From: a virus
Length of the DNA stretch: 64,000 nucleotides
Virus record (IMG/VR): IMGVR_UViG_2974694417_000001
Location: 60,580 to 124,579 of that record
Direction: 5' to 3' (one strand)
The position numbers and the translations under genes are program-made. Below are positions 1-7,941 of this stretch, one piece after another (within the stretch, counting starts at the first letter, position 1; every line of letters starts with the position of its first letter). Under the pieces are notes generated by a model. That model was not told the origin of the DNA. It saw nothing but the letters and a program-made list of their open reading frames with translations, and ran no database searches.

Positions 1-1
1 A

Positions 2-379
2 ACGCTTTCTAAGGACACCAAATACGTTCTTTTGGGATTTGAAGACGGAAAGGTCGCTAAAGTCAACGTAGAGGCTTATAGGACGTCCACAAAGCGTTCT
101 AAACTTAAGAACGGTGTAGTTGGTAAAATGATAGTTTTACTGACGACATTGACTGACGATGTAGATATTATGTCTATCTCTGCAAGTGATAAAGCTATCG
201 TTACTAACACATCTATGATTTCTGCTAAAAATTCTAAAGCAACACAAGGTATTACCAACCAAAAATTGAAAGCAGGAGAATCAATTAAGAAATTGCTTGT
301 TCTTAAAGAAGGTGAAGAGGACAATCGAGAATATTATCGTGTACAATCAGCAGGTGCTGGTAAGAAATTTAAAGGATAA
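2..379 (+). CDS. Type II DNA topoisomerase subunit A (GyrA/ParC-like), C-terminal fragment, 5'-truncated by window
   Basis: Frame is open from base 2 (TLSKDTKYVLLGFEDGKVAKV...). KAIVTNTSMISAKNSKATQGITNQKLKAGESIK resembles GyrA/ParC beta-pinwheel blades. Confidence 0.65.
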   Translation, partial: TLSKDTKYVLLGFEDGKVAKVNVEAYRTSTKRSKLKNGVVGKMIVLLTTLTDDVDIMSISASDKAIVTNTSMISAKNSKATQGITNQKLKAGESIKKLLVLKEGEEDNREYYRVQSAGAGKKFKG

Positions 380-396
380 AAACAAGGAGAATTTAC

Positions 397-1239
397 ATGG
401 ATTTTATAAAATCACCACTGAATTATACAGGTGGAAAATTTAAACTATTGCCAAAAATAATGCCATTGTTTTATAAAGCAGAGACATTTATTGATTTGTT
501 TGGTGGTGGTGGCAATGTTGGAATTAATTCTAATAGTGAAAAAATTATTATCAATGATAGAGAAAAGGTTGTAATTGATTTTTTCAAAAAAATACAAAAA
601 CTCTCGATAGAAGATGTTCTTGAATCAATTGAAGGATATATTGAAAATTATGATTTAAGTAAAGTAAACCAAGAAGGCTTTTTAAAGATTAGAAAAGATT
701 ACAACACTTCAACAGAAAAAGACCCATTAATGTTCTATACGATGCTAATGTATTCTTTTAATTATCAAATTAGATTTAATTCTAAAGGTGAATATAATAT
801 GCCCTTTGGAAAAGACCGCAGTAGCTTCAATAAAAATACTGAAAAGAATATCCGTAATTTCCACAATGCAATTCTCTCTAAAAAAATTATTTTCACAAAT
901 AACGATTTTAGAGATATAAAAGTGGATAAAATTAATAGTGACACAATGGTCTATTGTGACCCTCCATATTTAATTACCACCGCTTCATACAATGAAAATG
1001 GTGGATGGACAGAAAAAGAAGAAATAGATTTATTGAATTTATTAGATGAATTAAATGATAAAAATATTAAATTTGCTTTATCAAATGTCCTTGAACATAA
1101 AAATAAAAAAAATACCACACTAATAGAATGGTCGAAAAAATATAATATACATTTCTTAGATATGAACTATAACAATAGTAATTACCAAAGCACAGCTAAT
1201 CAGGGTAAAACGGTAGAAGTACTTATAACAAACTATTAA
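397..1239 (+). CDS. N6-adenine DNA methyltransferase, D12/Dam family (T4 Dam / FokI-MTase-domain-like)
   Basis: SPLNYTGGK, DLFGGGG (SAM-binding motif I), DPPY catalytic motif IV, QIRFNSKGEYNMPFGK target-recognition region; RBS GGAG. Confidence 0.9.
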   Translation: MDFIKSPLNYTGGKFKLLPKIMPLFYKAETFIDLFGGGGNVGINSNSEKIIINDREKVVIDFFKKIQKLSIEDVLESIEGYIENYDLSKVNQEGFLKIRKDYNTSTEKDPLMFYTMLMYSFNYQIRFNSKGEYNMPFGKDRSSFNKNTEKNIRNFHNAILSKKIIFTNNDFRDIKVDKINSDTMVYCDPPYLITTASYNENGGWTEKEEIDLLNLLDELNDKNIKFALSNVLEHKNKKNTTLIEWSKKYNIHFLDMNYNNSNYQSTANQGKTVEVLITNY

Positions 1240-1264
1240 ATGTAAAAAATTTAAAGGATAAAAA

Positions 1265-1561
1265 ATGGAAAAAAGAATATTTAGTATTATCAGAGGGGTT
1301 TTGATAACAGTCATTACAATCAGCTTGCTATTGGGCTATATCTGGTTTGTCTTTGATTTAAACATGCTTGCATGGGGAACTATCCTTATGGGTGTTATGT
1401 TTCAGGGTACTGTAGTTATGTTTGTAATCGGTCTATGGTTAATAATGTTAAGTTGTATCTTCTTCTTTGTTTTAGGTATGGCATTAATATTCTGGATATC
1501 AGTTTTATTTGATAAAATTGAAGAATATATTTTTGAAGAAAGGGAAATACGAAATGATTAA
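1265..1561 (+). CDS. Hypothetical membrane protein
   Basis: 98 aa with long hydrophobic stretches; RBS AAGGA. Confidence 0.7.
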   Translation: MEKRIFSIIRGVLITVITISLLLGYIWFVFDLNMLAWGTILMGVMFQGTVVMFVIGLWLIMLSCIFFFVLGMALIFWISVLFDKIEEYIFEEREIRND

Positions 1562-1910
1562 AGTTTACCAATGTCGAGCACAAATTAATACACCCTACCT
1601 GACATCAAATTCACGTTCAGGGTTCTTTAAAAAAGGAGAAGACTTTCTCATGTATCGTAGCTCAAAAGGTACGTGGGTTGTAAGCTCTCCAAAGAACTCA
1701 ACAATGCACACAAATGCTATTCCAATCGAACATGCTTTGGATACTAAACACTCATGGCTCTTAAACCTTAATATCACGAGTATTGTGAATATTTTTGAAG
1801 CACCAAACAAGACACATCTACGTAACTCATTCGCTCTATTCAAATACCCTAGCTTTGCAAATTTTGTAAATATAGAGAATTTTGAACTAAATCTCAAAGG
1901 AGAACAATAA
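1554..1910 (+). CDS. Hypothetical protein
   Basis: ATG at 1554 after AGGGA overlaps the upstream stop; TAATG coupling to the next gene. Confidence 0.65.
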   Translation: MIKVYQCRAQINTPYLTSNSRSGFFKKGEDFLMYRSSKGTWVVSSPKNSTMHTNAIPIEHALDTKHSWLLNLNITSIVNIFEAPNKTHLRNSFALFKYPSFANFVNIENFELNLKGEQ

Positions 1911-2452
1911 TGGAAAAAGTTAAAATTTATTTCGCAAGCCCACTTTTCTCAGCAATGGAACAATCATTCAATCGTGATTTAGTTGAGGAATTGCGAGCAC
2001 AAATCTATTTCACACAACTTTCAGAACAGGTTGAGGTGGAAATCTATTTACCTCAAGAGAATGAGGCAATCAACGACAAGTCAGCTTATGCGGATTCTAA
2101 AATGATTGCTCAAGCTGACACAAAAGAGTTGCTGGAGTCTGACCTTGTATTAGCTATCCTTGACGGTGTTACAATTGATGCAGGTGTTGCGAGCGAAATT
2201 GGCATTGCTTATGCTACAGGTATTCCAGTTATTGGATTATATTCTGATGTTCGACAAGGTACACATAACAATCAACAAAAGATTAAAGCACTTGATGAAA
2301 TTGCTGAGTCTCAATTCTCTTATATCAATCTATACACAGCAGGATTAGTAAAATCTAATGGTGTTATTACTGGAACTGTTTCAGAATTTATTGATGTAGT
2401 AATGGATGATGTTGAAAAATTAATCAAAGACAAATTAGAAGAGGTAAAATAA
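1910..2452 (+). CDS. Nucleoside 2-deoxyribosyltransferase family protein
   Basis: IYFASPLF, YLPQE, D...SDLVLAILDG..IDAGVASEIGIAYA motifs. Confidence 0.88.
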   Translation: MEKVKIYFASPLFSAMEQSFNRDLVEELRAQIYFTQLSEQVEVEIYLPQENEAINDKSAYADSKMIAQADTKELLESDLVLAILDGVTIDAGVASEIGIAYATGIPVIGLYSDVRQGTHNNQQKIKALDEIAESQFSYINLYTAGLVKSNGVITGTVSEFIDVVMDDVEKLIKDKLEEVK

Positions 2453-2453
2453 A

Positions 2454-3113
2454 TTGAAAACACTAATTAACAAGCCAACATTTCAATATGCTTATATCTC
2501 GCTTATCGTACTTGCTCAATTAGCAGTGCTCTTCACAGTTAAAACACCTATTATTCAATGGGTATCAGGTCTTTCAGGTGCATTATACGTATCAACTCTA
2601 ACATTCAGCAAAAAATATACTTTCTTGGTTGCTCTTGTGTTTAATACGACAATGTTGTTTATTGGTATTAAACACGGTATCTTATCAGAAAGTATTCAAC
2701 AACCATTATTTATGGCAATGGGTATCATTGGATTCATTCACATGAACTTCAAAGGGCGATACAAATTTATCAATAACACTCTTCAACGAATTAAAAATAT
2801 TGAAGTTTGGAAAATTCTCTTACTTAGTGTAGTTGTTATGATAGTATGGACTTTCATCTCTAAAGGTCTCGGTTCTCCTATTTGGTGGAAAGATGGAATC
2901 CTCGGTGGTGTAGCTATCTCAGCACAGCTATTCTCTATTGCAGGAAACAAATACAGTTGGTTCTACTGGATGACACTCAATGCTCTTACGACTTGGACAT
3001 GGTTCACTTTAGCGACACCTAATGTTACTATGGGTGTTCTATATCTAATCTTTCTTGTGAACTCAATCTTTGGTTACATTTTCTGGAATGTATCTAATAA
3101 AGAAAGCCTTTAA
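2454..3113 (+). CDS. pnuC: PnuC-family nucleoside/vitamin transporter
   Basis: TTG start with GAGGT RBS; multi-TM protein with WKDG...AQLF...KYSWFYWMTLN motif typical of Pnu transporters. Confidence 0.75.
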   Translation: MKTLINKPTFQYAYISLIVLAQLAVLFTVKTPIIQWVSGLSGALYVSTLTFSKKYTFLVALVFNTTMLFIGIKHGILSESIQQPLFMAMGIIGFIHMNFKGRYKFINNTLQRIKNIEVWKILLLSVVVMIVWTFISKGLGSPIWWKDGILGGVAISAQLFSIAGNKYSWFYWMTLNALTTWTWFTLATPNVTMGVLYLIFLVNSIFGYIFWNVSNKESL

Positions 3114-3126
3114 TAGGCTTTTTATT
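3103..3126 (+). terminator. Intrinsic terminator
   Basis: AAAGCCT-ttaat-AGGCTTT followed by a T run at the pnuC stop. Confidence 0.7.
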
Positions 3127-3133
3127 GTGTCAC

Positions 3134-3162
3134 TTGACAAACCATGAAAAATATGGTATAAT
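3134..3162 (+). promoter_or_regulatory. sigmaA-type promoter (nrdD/nrdG)
   Basis: TTGACA-17 bp-TATAAT with TG extension. Confidence 0.9.
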
Positions 3163-3191
3163 ATAACTTGTATAGAAATTGGAGGAAATAG

Positions 3192-6019
3192 ATGGAAAAT
3201 TTATTTGTTGTTAAGAAAAGAACAGATGAGAAACAAGAAAGGGTGACGGAAGAATGGAACTTCGATAAGGTAATTTCTGCCTGTCAAAAGTCAGCCCAAC
3301 ACATAGATAAATCTCTAACTAAAGAACAAATTGAGAGTTTAGAATATTTAGTTGACAAATCTATTAACAAGCGTAGAACTAAAATATTAAATAATAGAGG
3401 TGTCCCATTCAGAGAAATTTTAAATAATATCCCTGTGGAAGAAGTCCACGAAATGGTGCAAGATGCTTTGAGATTGCTTGATGTTGATATATATAAGTCA
3501 TATCATGAATATCGAAATTATAAAATATCACAAGATAAGCATTACCGTGAACTATACAAAGATTTGGATAGTCTTAAGAATGGAATTTATACTGAGAATG
3601 CAAACAAAGATAGCTCTATTAATTCAACCAAGCGTTCTCTTCTTGCTGAAATGACTCAAAAGAAAATTGTGACTGACTTTATTCTTCAAAAGAACTGGGC
3701 TAAGGCTCATGAAGAAGGATGGATTTATATTCATGACTTAGGAGATTTGTACTGGAGAAGTTTCAATTGTGATAACGTTGATTTAGCAAATATCATTAAG
3801 ACTAAAAAGCAAAAAGATGGAGAATATGCTTTTACTTTAAATGGTATTAAATATCCTGAACCTAAATCAATTAGTTCAGCTTTTAACTTAGTGGCAGATT
3901 TGATTTTACAGATGTCTAGCCAACAGCATGGAGGTCTTAGTGTTCAGAACTTTGACCATTGCCTAGCACCTTATGCAAAATTAACTTACGATAAAGCATT
4001 CAAAAGATATATGGAAAAGGGAATTGCATATAATACAGCACGTGAAATGGCAGAAGAAGATACTCTTTATGCAATCAAACAAGGTGTTCAAGGGTTTGAA
4101 CTTGAAATAAGTACTATCTCTAATGCACTAGGACAAATTCCATTTACATCAATTGGTTTTGGATTGGATACCTCTAAATGGGGTCGTGAAATTACTCGTG
4201 CTTTCTTGCTCGAACGTTCTGAACCAGATTGTGTGCTTGTCTTTCCTAAATTAATATTTGCTAGTGCTAAAGAAGTTAACTTGAATCCTGATTCACCTAA
4301 CTATGATTTATTCCAATTGGCTATTAAATGCAGTTCAACTAAATTATATCCTGATTACGTTTCAATGGATAATGGTATTCTTGCACCTGCATATAGTCGT
4401 CATAAAGATGACTTAGACCAAATTTTATCAGTACCAATGGGTTAGTTGGTGAAAATGTAGCCCATTTAAAACCTTGTGAACCTCTCTTAGAGGGTGTGGA
4501 TTAATATAATCTGCTAACAGTTAGGTCTTATTGATGTTTGTAGCAATCTTTAAGATGAGACTGTGCCAAGCCAAAACTCTGTTTTGGAAGGTGCAACGAC
4601 TATCCGTGATGAGTGTAGCGGAGCTTAGAAATAAGATATGTTTTAAAAACATATAGACCATGAGATAAGAACATGGTCGGAGCGCAAGGCAACTTTATGT
4701 TGATGATATAGTCTGTCCCATTGGTGACAATGGATTTTAGAGAAAATCATAACTCTAAACAAAGTACGTGCAGAAGCTACAATAATGTTGAATTTATTAA
4801 TCCTTTAGAGGATTCAGAAGACTTCCAAAAGGAAGTTTATAAAGGACGTGGAAATGTTGGTGTAGTAACAATTAATTTCCCTAAAATTGCTATCGAATCA
4901 GGTGGTGACTGGAATAAATTCTATGAATTACTACATAAATATACAAATATGACGATGGATATCTTAGATTGGAGATATTATTATGCTGGAGAAGCTAGAG
5001 CAGAAAGCAATCCTCTAATGTGGATGGAAGGTGGAGCATGGAGACGACTCAACCATGATGAAAAAATCTCTAAAACAATCTTTAATTTTTCTTCATCTAT
5101 TGGATTGATTGGATTCAACGAAACTTTGAATTATATGTATTTAAATAATGGATATGAAATTAATAACTTACCAGATTATAAAAAAGGTGGTCAACGTCAA
5201 CAAGACCAAATGAAATTAATGGAAGTCCTTAATTCAATTAAAGAATTTAGAAACATCCATGACGCTGTTCGTATTGATGAAGATGGTGTTCAAACTCGTG
5301 TTTGGGATGAAGAAGGAAACTTTGTTCACCCAGACCCAGACAAGAAATACCTTGAAGTTTATGAAAAGTTAGACACCACACACAAAACAACTATTATACC
5401 TCGTATGTATTCTATCTATGGAACACCTGCTGAATCTCTTGTGTATAAAATGATGAAGCAATTACAAAAACAATATGGATTCATTAATGGTGTTACGGCT
5501 CAAGAAGATGGAAAAGGACGTAATTATATTACTAACTCATTCCACCAACCAGTGTGGGTAGAATCAAATGTGTTTGATAAGATTGATTTTGAAGCACCTT
5601 TTCATTTAGATAAAATGGCAAGTGGTGGACATATTAGTCAAAATGAATTTGCATTCGGAACAGCGGTGACAATTCTTGAACAAACTGTTAAATATGCAAT
5701 GGAGAAAGGGATGTATTACGGCATCAATATTGCATCTAGTCATTGCTTCGATTGTGGTTGGAGTGGAGAGACAGCAGATACTTGTGTTGAATGCAACTCA
5801 GAGAATGTCGTAACGATAAATAGAGTTTGCGGATATATGTCTATTACATCACGCAATGGACACAGTGTTGTCAATGCTGGTAAGACAGAGGAATTACTTG
5901 AACGTGTTAATCACTTTGGAAATGCTAAGAAAGAATATACTAAAAACTTTGAGAAAAAACATGACATACAAAGGGATGTTGTATCGAAAGAGTTCTCAAT
6001 GTTTGAATCAGGAGAATAA
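3192..6019 (+). CDS. nrdD: Anaerobic (class III) ribonucleotide reductase; exons 3192-4442 + 4769-6019, 833 aa spliced
   Basis: N-terminal ATP-cone-like region. Splicing restores PMG|CRS (thiyl-radical Cys). YGTPAESL, CxxC...CxxC and RVCGY glycyl-radical loop are present. Confidence 0.93.
4443..4768 (+). mobile_element. Group I intron in nrdD (326 nt, no ORF)
   Basis: Exon ends in U with P1 AUGGGU|UA...UAGCCCAU. Core GCAACGACUA and GAUAUAGUC (P7) present, terminal G4768, exons join in frame. Confidence 0.92.
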
Positions 6020-6615
6020 TGGCTTATATACATCAAATAAATGCTATGGACTTTGAGAATAGTTTCCAAGAGGGTGGATTTAGGCACGATAAACAATCTA
6101 AACTTCCTGTGGGAGCTGTTGTTTCAGTCTTTGTAAATTATTGTTCATTCCATTGCTTGGGATGTTGGAATAGTGATACGTGGGATAGGAAGGATGACCT
6201 TTACATTCCAGATGAGGAAGTTGCAGAACAAATCATTGAAGGACTAGACCAGTTTGAATTAGACCCACCGATAGGGTTATCACTACTTGGAGGCGATTGC
6301 ATCCTTCCTGACAATGCCGAGAGTACAGCTAATATAATTAGACTTGTTTTAGAGAAGAGACCTAATGTTGTTATTGGTTTATGGACTGGATACAAGTTTG
6401 AATATCTGTTAAAACATGCTGATGAGAACCAAAAATACATTTTAAAGCATATAGATGTTCTCATTGATGGCAGATTTATTGAAAAGAAAAAGATTGCTAA
6501 TAAACGCTATGGTTCTTACAATCAAAGAGTCATCAACGTCCCTAAATCATTAAAAGAAGGTAAGACAATAACCACAGAATCATATCAACAAGATATGAAA
6601 GATTTTCCAGTATAA
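6019..6615 (+). CDS. nrdG: Anaerobic RNR activase (radical SAM)
   Basis: CSFHCLGC CxxxCxxC motif, SLLGGD, DVLIDGRF, GSYNQR; TAATG-coupled to nrdD. Confidence 0.93.
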   Translation: MAYIHQINAMDFENSFQEGGFRHDKQSKLPVGAVVSVFVNYCSFHCLGCWNSDTWDRKDDLYIPDEEVAEQIIEGLDQFELDPPIGLSLLGGDCILPDNAESTANIIRLVLEKRPNVVIGLWTGYKFEYLLKHADENQKYILKHIDVLIDGRFIEKKKIANKRYGSYNQRVINVPKSLKEGKTITTESYQQDMKDFPV

Positions 6616-6619
6616 ATTA

Positions 6620-6660
6620 AAAAGCTATCTCTTGACCGAGATGGCTTTTTGTGGTATAAT
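6620..6660 (+). promoter_or_regulatory. Terminator-like hairpin whose loop is the -35 box of a sigmaA promoter
   Basis: AAAAGCTATCTC-[TTGACC]-GAGATGGCTTTT; TTGACC(6632)-17-TATAAT(6655). Confidence 0.75.
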
Positions 6661-6741
6661 TATATTAACATGAAATGGAAAGAAATGGGGAATGCCTAAA
6701 AACGAATAAACTAAAAGAATTAGATTTTATTTAACTACGAC

Positions 6742-6770
6742 TTGACAAATTAAAATAAATATGTTATAAT
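6742..6770 (+). promoter_or_regulatory. sigmaA-type promoter
   Basis: TTGACA-17-TGtTATAAT. Confidence 0.88.
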
Positions 6771-6791
6771 ATTATATAGAAGGAGATTAAT

Positions 6792-7010
6792 ATGAATTTA
6801 TTAGAAGAACATTATATTGTAGAAGTCATTCGTGAAAAACCTTTCAAGACTGACTGGACGCAACAACATAAAGATAAATTTATTAAAATTGAGATGATTG
6901 TAAATGTTCATGGTAGGGTATTTAGCACACATAAAATTTTTACAGTCGACAGATGGAAAGAAGTTTGGGAACAAGGCTTCTATATTGCCAATTACAAAGG
7001 AGGTGTATAA
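6792..7010 (+). CDS. Hypothetical protein
   Basis: 72 aa ORF with AGGAG RBS directly after a promoter. Confidence 0.75.
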   Translation: MNLLEEHYIVEVIREKPFKTDWTQQHKDKFIKIEMIVNVHGRVFSTHKIFTVDRWKEVWEQGFYIANYKGGV

Positions 7011-7261
7011 TGACATTAGGTTCAGTAACTTTTGAAATGAAAGGATTAGTCAAATCAGAATCAGATAACTTTGTCCTAGTTCAACATGACAATCTATATC
7101 AAGTATTTGAGAAAGATAGTGACAATCCATTTATCGTTTACGATGATAAAACAAAACAATTAAATTACCTAAACAAAAATGTTTATTCTGTTGACAATCA
7201 ACATAAAGCTCGTGCTATATACGAGAAATTACAGGTTATCAAAAATAACAGAACGTTTTAG
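7010..7261 (+). CDS. Hypothetical protein
   Basis: ATG at 7010 with GGAGGT RBS; TAATG overlap. Confidence 0.7.
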   Translation: MTLGSVTFEMKGLVKSESDNFVLVQHDNLYQVFEKDSDNPFIVYDDKTKQLNYLNKNVYSVDNQHKARAIYEKLQVIKNNRTF

Positions 7262-7299
7262 TTGACAAAATAAGACTATTGTGGTATAATAGTCTTATT
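7262..7299 (+). promoter_or_regulatory. sigmaA promoter of nrdHIE with a 12-bp inverted repeat around the -10
   Basis: TTGACA-17-TATAAT; AATAAGACTATT(7269-7280)...AATAGTCTTATT(7288-7299). Confidence 0.85.
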
Positions 7300-7324
7300 G
7301 CTTTATATAGAAGGAGATATAAAA

Positions 7325-7564
7325 ATGGTTAAAGTATACAGTAAATATAATTGTAAAAATTGTAAACAAGTCAAACGCTTACTCAAATTCTCAGGAATTG
7401 ATTATGTTGAGGTTAATGTTGAAGACGATGAAGAAGCTTTCAAATATGTTAAAGAAGCACTAGGGTTCTCTAATCTTCCAGTTATCGTAGCTCAGGATGT
7501 AGAACCATTTGAGTTCAACTCTATCAAAGTGAATGAATTTGTTAAGAGTCATACACATGGATAA
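7325..7564 (+). CDS. nrdH: NrdH-redoxin (glutaredoxin-like)
   Basis: VYSKYNCKNC (CxxC), LPVIV; position in the nrdHIE operon; RBS AAGGAG. Confidence 0.9.
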   Translation: MVKVYSKYNCKNCKQVKRLLKFSGIDYVEVNVEDDEEAFKYVKEALGFSNLPVIVAQDVEPFEFNSIKVNEFVKSHTHG

Positions 7565-7928
7565 TATTTTAATTGCTTACAAATCATTAGGTGGAAACTG
7601 TGATAGAGTAATTAAAAAACTGGGTATCGGAGGATTCAAGATTGATGGAGATAATATTTATGACTTCAATGAGGATAGTAAATTTTATCTCTTGATTCCC
7701 ACTTATGAGGAAGAGTGGATTGGAGATGCGTGGGATTTTATGGATGATTATCATGAGAACTGCTTAGGTATCATAGGGTCAGGAAACTTTAACTTTGGGG
7801 ATGATATGTTTATATTCACAGCAAACGATATGAGTAAGAAATATAATATTCCTGTAATCTATTCCATCGAGAACTTTGGAAACAAGAAAGATATCAACAA
7901 CATTAAAGAGTTATTGCAAATAAATTAA
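7557..7928 (+). CDS. nrdI: NrdI flavodoxin
   Basis: AYKSLGGNC, LLIPTY, GIIGSGNFNFG motifs. Confidence 0.9.
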   Translation: MDNILIAYKSLGGNCDRVIKKLGIGGFKIDGDNIYDFNEDSKFYLLIPTYEEEWIGDAWDFMDDYHENCLGIIGSGNFNFGDDMFIFTANDMSKKYNIPVIYSIENFGNKKDINNIKELLQIN

Positions 7929-7941
7929 TAGGAGGTTTCAC

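Noticed and set aside
4721-4768. ORF-track start of the second nrdD piece (also 10217, 10851, 10958, 15346, 16122, 25540, 37232)
   Set aside because: These starts lie inside introns or mid-exon without an RBS; they are artefacts of unspliced sequence.
3192-6019. Both nrdD exons are exactly 1251 nt
   Set aside because: The intron position is explained by the conserved MG|CRS site; the equal lengths are best treated as coincidence.
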